From assembly GCA_039588275.1 (NCBI GenBank), contig JBDHAC010000036.1:1-32219 (forward strand): a stretch of 32,219 nt of DNA, in the 5' to 3' direction. Shown piece by piece: positions 28,725-32,219 of the stretch. Origin of the DNA: Gemmatimonadota bacterium. GTDB lineage: Bacteria; Gemmatimonadota; Gemmatimonadetes; Palauibacterales; Palauibacteraceae. The notes under the pieces are model-generated. The model ran no database searches. It was not told the origin of the DNA and saw nothing but the letters and a program-made list of their open reading frames with translations. The number at the start of each line of letters is the position of its first letter. The first letter of the stretch is position 1. The translations under genes were made by a program, and so were the position numbers.

Positions 28725-31190
28725 CTATTCGTGGCGGAGTGCCTCCGCCGGGTCCACGGCCGACGCGCGCCGGGCCGGAATGTACGATGCCAGGGCGCTC
28801 ACCCCGAGCAGAACCACCGATACCGCCGCGAACGTGAGTGGGTCCGTCGCGCTCACTCCGAACAGCAACGCCCGCATCAACCGCGTCAGCACGAGCCCGC
28901 CCGCGAGCCCGACGGCGATGCCTATGCCTGCAACCGCGAGGCCCTGACGGACTACCATGCCACGGATCTGCCCATCCGCGGCGCCCATGGCCATCCGAAT
29001 CCCGAACTCGTGGATCCGGCGGCTCACGATGTAGGAGATCACGCCGTACACGCCGATCGTCCCCAGCAGGAGCGCCACGGCGGCGGCGATCCCGAGCATC
29101 ACGAGCGTGAAGGACATCCGAGCAGCCGAGTCGCGAATCAGGTCGGCTGCGGTTCCCACGTTGGCCACCGGCAGTCTGGAATCGAGCGTCCATACTCGCT
29201 CGCGGACCGCCGGGAGCAGCGCGAGGGGATCGCCAGCCGTCCGGATCGTGAGGAAAAGGCGTCCGATCGTCCAATCCGATTCCCCGCTCAGTCCGACGAG
29301 CGGGTAGTAGATCATTGCGGGCGGTTCCTGGGCGAGCCCGTCGTCCCGCACGTCGTCGACGACGCCGACCACGGTAAACCAGGGCGTTTCACCCTCGACC
29401 TCGGTCGAGAGACTCGGGCTCACCCTCTTCCCTAGCGCGCTCTCGCCGGGCCAGTATCGCTCCGCCAGCTCGCGGCTCACTACGACGCCCCCGGTGCGCC
29501 GCTCGTGATCCTGCCGCTCGATCGTGCGTCCCTCGATGAGCCGGATTCCCATGGATTCGAAGTAGCCCGGCGCGACCATGTTCGTGCGCACGATGGGAGG
29601 TACCTCATCCTCCTGGAGCGGCCGCGTCTCCACGACCATGGCGTTGTTGCTCCACCCCCCCTGGAGGGGTAGCGATGTGGATGCCCCGGCTTCCACGACG
29701 CCCGGCAGCCCGCGGATGTCGTCGAGGAGCCGCTGGAAGGAGCCGGCGGCCTGCTCGGGGCTCTCGATCTCGGTGGGGATCAGCGCGATGTTCAGCGTGA
29801 GCACGTTCTCGGCGTCGATCCCGGGGTCCACGCCCCGGAGCTCGATGAAGCTCCGCGCCATGAGGCCGGATCCGATGAGCAGCATGAGCGCGAGTGCCAC
29901 CTGCGCCGCCACCAGCGAGTTGTTCGCGCGGTGCGTCTCCTTCCCGACCGAGCCGCCGCGTCCTCCCTCCTTCAGCGCCATCGCGAGGTGCGGTCGGCCG
30001 TACTTGAGTGCGGGTACGGCACCGAACAGGAGACCGGCCAGCAGCGAGATGATACCCGTGAAGATGAGGACGCTTCCGTACACGCCGATCTCGCCCAGAC
30101 GCGGAAGGTTCTCGGGCCCCATCGCCACGAGAAGCTTCACCCCGACCAGCGCGAGCCCGATGCCGACGACCCCCCCTACTGCTGAGAGCACCGTGCTCTC
30201 CGTCAGGTAGGCACGGATCAGATCGCCGCGTCCTGCCCCCAGGGCGGTGCGGACCGCCATCTCCCGCTGCCGTCCCTCTGCTCGCACCAGGAAGAGGTTC
30301 GCCACGTTGGCGACGGCGATCAGGAGCACGAAGCTCACGGTCCCGAGCAGTATCCAGAGCAGCTGCCCCACGTCGCCGACCACATCCTCCTTCATGAGGT
30401 TGATCGTCGCCGCCATGCGAGCGTTAGCCATCATCCCCGCCGTGATCTCGCCCGGATATTCCTCGGGGAGGCGTGGGAGGATCTGGTTCAATTCGGACGC
30501 GGCGGCCTCGAGGCTCACACCTGGCTTCAGCCGGGCGATGGCCCAGGGGCTGAAGTTCGCCAGACCGAGATCCTCGGGCCCGATCACGTGCGGAATCCAG
30601 ATTTCGGTAACGTCGTTCGGGTACCGGAATCCGGCCGGCATCACACCGATCACCTCGTACGGCTCCTCGTCGAGCCTGATTCCACGCCCCAGGACGCCCC
30701 GGTCCGCGCCGAACTGCTCGGTCCACAGCTCGTGAGACAGTACCGCTACCTGAGGGGCGCCCGGATCGTCCTCGTCCTCGGAGAATGTGCGGCCCAGTGC
30801 CGGAGTGAGCCCGAACGTCCGGAAGAGCGAGGCCGTGGCCGTTCCGACCGAGAGTCGAACCGGGTCGCCCTCTCCGATCAGGGTCATGGTGCGCCGACCG
30901 ATAAGCCCGACCTCTTCGAAGCTTTGTGCCCGCTCGCGGTACAACGTGTAGGTCGTGTTGGATTGCTCGAATTTCGGCAGATCCAGGCCGGGGGCCGTGT
31001 GCCACAGACCGACGAGCTCGTCCGCATCCGGGTACGGGAGCGGTTTGAGGACGACGCCGTCCACCACCGAGAAGATCGCCGTGTTGGCGCCGATCCCGAC
31101 GGCCAGTGTGAGCACCGCGATCACGGTGAACCCGGGAGTTCGGATCAGCTTGCGCACGACCTGGGTGAGCTCTCGGGTCACCGAGCTCAT
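28725..31190 (-). CDS. ADOP-type duplicated MacB/FtsX ABC permease 5 (orphan, opposite strand)
   Basis: [81 protein letters not shown]. 821 aa. Confidence 0.95.
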   Translation of the reverse strand: MSSVTRELTQVVRKLIRTPGFTVIAVLTLAVGIGANTAIFSVVDGVVLKPLPYPDADELVGLWHTAPGLDLPKFEQSNTTYTLYRERAQSFEEVGLIGRRTMTLIGEGDPVRLSVGTATASLFRTFGLTPALGRTFSEDEDDPGAPQVAVLSHELWTEQFGADRGVLGRGIRLDEEPYEVIGVMPAGFRYPNDVTEIWIPHVIGPEDLGLANFSPWAIARLKPGVSLEAAASELNQILPRLPEEYPGEITAGMMANARMAATINLMKEDVVGDVGQLLWILLGTVSFVLLIAVANVANLFLVRAEGRQREMAVRTALGAGRGDLIRAYLTESTVLSAVGGVVGIGLALVGVKLLVAMGPENLPRLGEIGVYGSVLIFTGIISLLAGLLFGAVPALKYGRPHLAMALKEGGRGGSVGKETHRANNSLVAAQVALALMLLIGSGLMARSFIELRGVDPGIDAENVLTLNIALIPTEIESPEQAAGSFQRLLDDIRGLPGVVEAGASTSLPLQGGWSNNAMVVETRPLQEDEVPPIVRTNMVAPGYFESMGIRLIEGRTIERQDHERRTGGVVVSRELAERYWPGESALGKRVSPSLSTEVEGETPWFTVVGVVDDVRDDGLAQEPPAMIYYPLVGLSGESDWTIGRLFLTIRTAGDPLALLPAVRERVWTLDSRLPVANVGTAADLIRDSAARMSFTLVMLGIAAAVALLLGTIGVYGVISYIVSRRIHEFGIRMAMGAADGQIRGMVVRQGLAVAGIGIAVGLAGGLVLTRLMRALLFGVSATDPLTFAAVSVVLLGVSALASYIPARRASAVDPAEALRHE

Positions 31191-31367
31191 GTGTGCCTCC
31201 TCGCTTCTCGTCCGCCTGGCTGCTCCGTGCCTGCGCCGCAGTCGGCGTTTCGTCGTCTGGTGGTACTCGGCCTGCCCGGACCGGGTGGCATGAAGATCCC
31301 TACGTGAGGAGGACGAGTCGCGTTTCTCTCAGAACGAGGTACCCGGACGCGCGGCCGAGCCCTTCGG

Positions 31368-31577
31368 TTAGCGTCTGAAGAGCGACTCGTCGAACTTGAA
31401 CCCGAGCTGGATATAGAATCCACGGTCGGTGGCCGTTCGCTCGAGCAGATCGCGGTCGCGGACGCCGAACAGGTTGTATCCGCCGGCCAGCCGCAGGTTG
31501 TCGGTCAACAGGAATCCGAGCTCCGCTCCCGCGCCAAACCGGTGGCTCTCGAAGCCACCCGTCGACAGCGACCGACT
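31368..31577 (-). pseudogene. C-terminal remnant of a large outer-membrane beta-barrel protein
   Basis: Frame not in the ORF track: SRSLSTGGFESHRFGAGAELGFLLTDNLRLAGGYNLFGVRDRDLLERTATDRGFYIQLGFKFDESLFRR*. Amphipathic beta-strands. In-frame TGA at 31578-31580 and no ATG start. Confidence 0.65.
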
Positions 31578-31671
31578 TCAGCGGGGGCCAGGGGCAACCG
31601 AGGGCCGAAGGAGCACTTTACATCTATGTAAAGTGCCCTGTTTAAGCGACTATTCGGCGGTTGTGCGTCGG

Positions 31672-31808
31672 ACCGACCAGCGGGTCTACATCCGGGCATG
31701 GGCGGTTTGAGCATGAGCGCCGTGCACCACCTGAAGGACTGCCGTGTCCACCACCGAGAGGGTTGCCGTCATAGCGCCGATCGCGACGGCCAGCGTGAGC
31801 ATCGCCAT
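31672..31808 (-). pseudogene. Degenerate 5' fragment of an ADOP permease
   Basis: MAMLTLAVAIGAMTATLSVVD, then frameshifted VVHG..LKP..CPDVDPLVG. 31746-31805 matches 31059-31118 of permease 5 at 51 of 60 positions (manual count). Confidence 0.75.
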
Positions 31809-32138
31809 GCGAGCGGGACACCACGGGCCATGGGCGGGCGCGCATCCCCTGAGAGCCGTTGGTGAGGCTTGAGATCCCGAGCCCGCAACGAGTCCGTTTC
31901 ACCGGGACGTTTCAGGTGCCCTCGCTACGTTCCGTGGAACACCGTCCTCCCACCGCCCGGCAACGAGCCGCGGGGGGAACTTCCGTAACGATCGGTGGTT
32001 AGGTAGAGACTCAGTACTCGTCTTCCCGTGGTCTGGCTTCTGCTTCTGGGATCATCATCTTTGGACGGTCGAAGTCATGGACGCGCCGCCGGGGCCGACG
32101 CCTCGAGAGGTCTTTGAAGGAGAGAGCAGGGAATCCGC

Positions 32139-32219
32139 ATGCGAGTCCTCAAGAAGAGCGACATCCCCTCATCCGAGATCACGCCGGAGCGAAGGTACCT
32201 GAATCGTCGCTCCTTCCTC
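32139..32219 (+). CDS. msrP: Protein-methionine-sulfoxide reductase catalytic subunit MsrP (5' end, truncated by window)
   Basis: MRVLKKSDIPSSEITPERRYLNRRSFL: the SEITP..Y.NRR.FL Tat leader characteristic of MsrP/YedY. Confidence 0.8.
   Translation, partial: MRVLKKSDIPSSEITPERRYLNRRSFL

Noticed and set aside
31247..31257. 11-mer gacgacgaaac shared between the permease 5 upstream region (minus strand) and 8537-8547
   Set aside because: Single short match. The nearby aggcacggagcagc has GG-N9-GC spacing, so it is not a valid sigma54 promoter.
31578..31580. In-frame TGA as possible selenocysteine or readthrough
   Set aside because: No convincing continuation of barrel-like sequence upstream and no selenoprotein context; truncation is simpler.

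Overview
GC-rich bacterial window. The gene content (many ADOP-type permeases, a YfbK-type vWA protein, msrP) suggests Gemmatimonadota or Acidobacteriota; this is an inference. Left part: a secreted NTF2-like protein, a highly self-complementary intergenic stretch (candidate ncRNA), an ABC exporter with an N-terminal extension plus its DUF1854 partner, a serine hydrolase, a fasciclin lipoprotein behind a repeat-rich sigma70 promoter, and a vWA protein. Centre (about 8.5-25.4 kb): one large co-oriented locus with a sigma54 promoter and upstream palindrome. It encodes a periplasmic adaptor, an ABC ATPase, four tandem duplicated MacB/FtsX-type (ADOP) permeases, an embedded secreted HExxH metallopeptidase, a second ATPase with an altered D-loop, an NtrC-type regulator and a sensor kinase with almost no extracytoplasmic domain. 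Right part: small ORFs with structured leaders, a methyltransferase remnant, a RecQ lacking the winged-helix domain, a fifth ADOP permease, two more gene remnants and the start of msrP. No rRNA, tRNA, CRISPR array or intact mobile element was recognised. All calls are from motif reading by eye; no searches were run.
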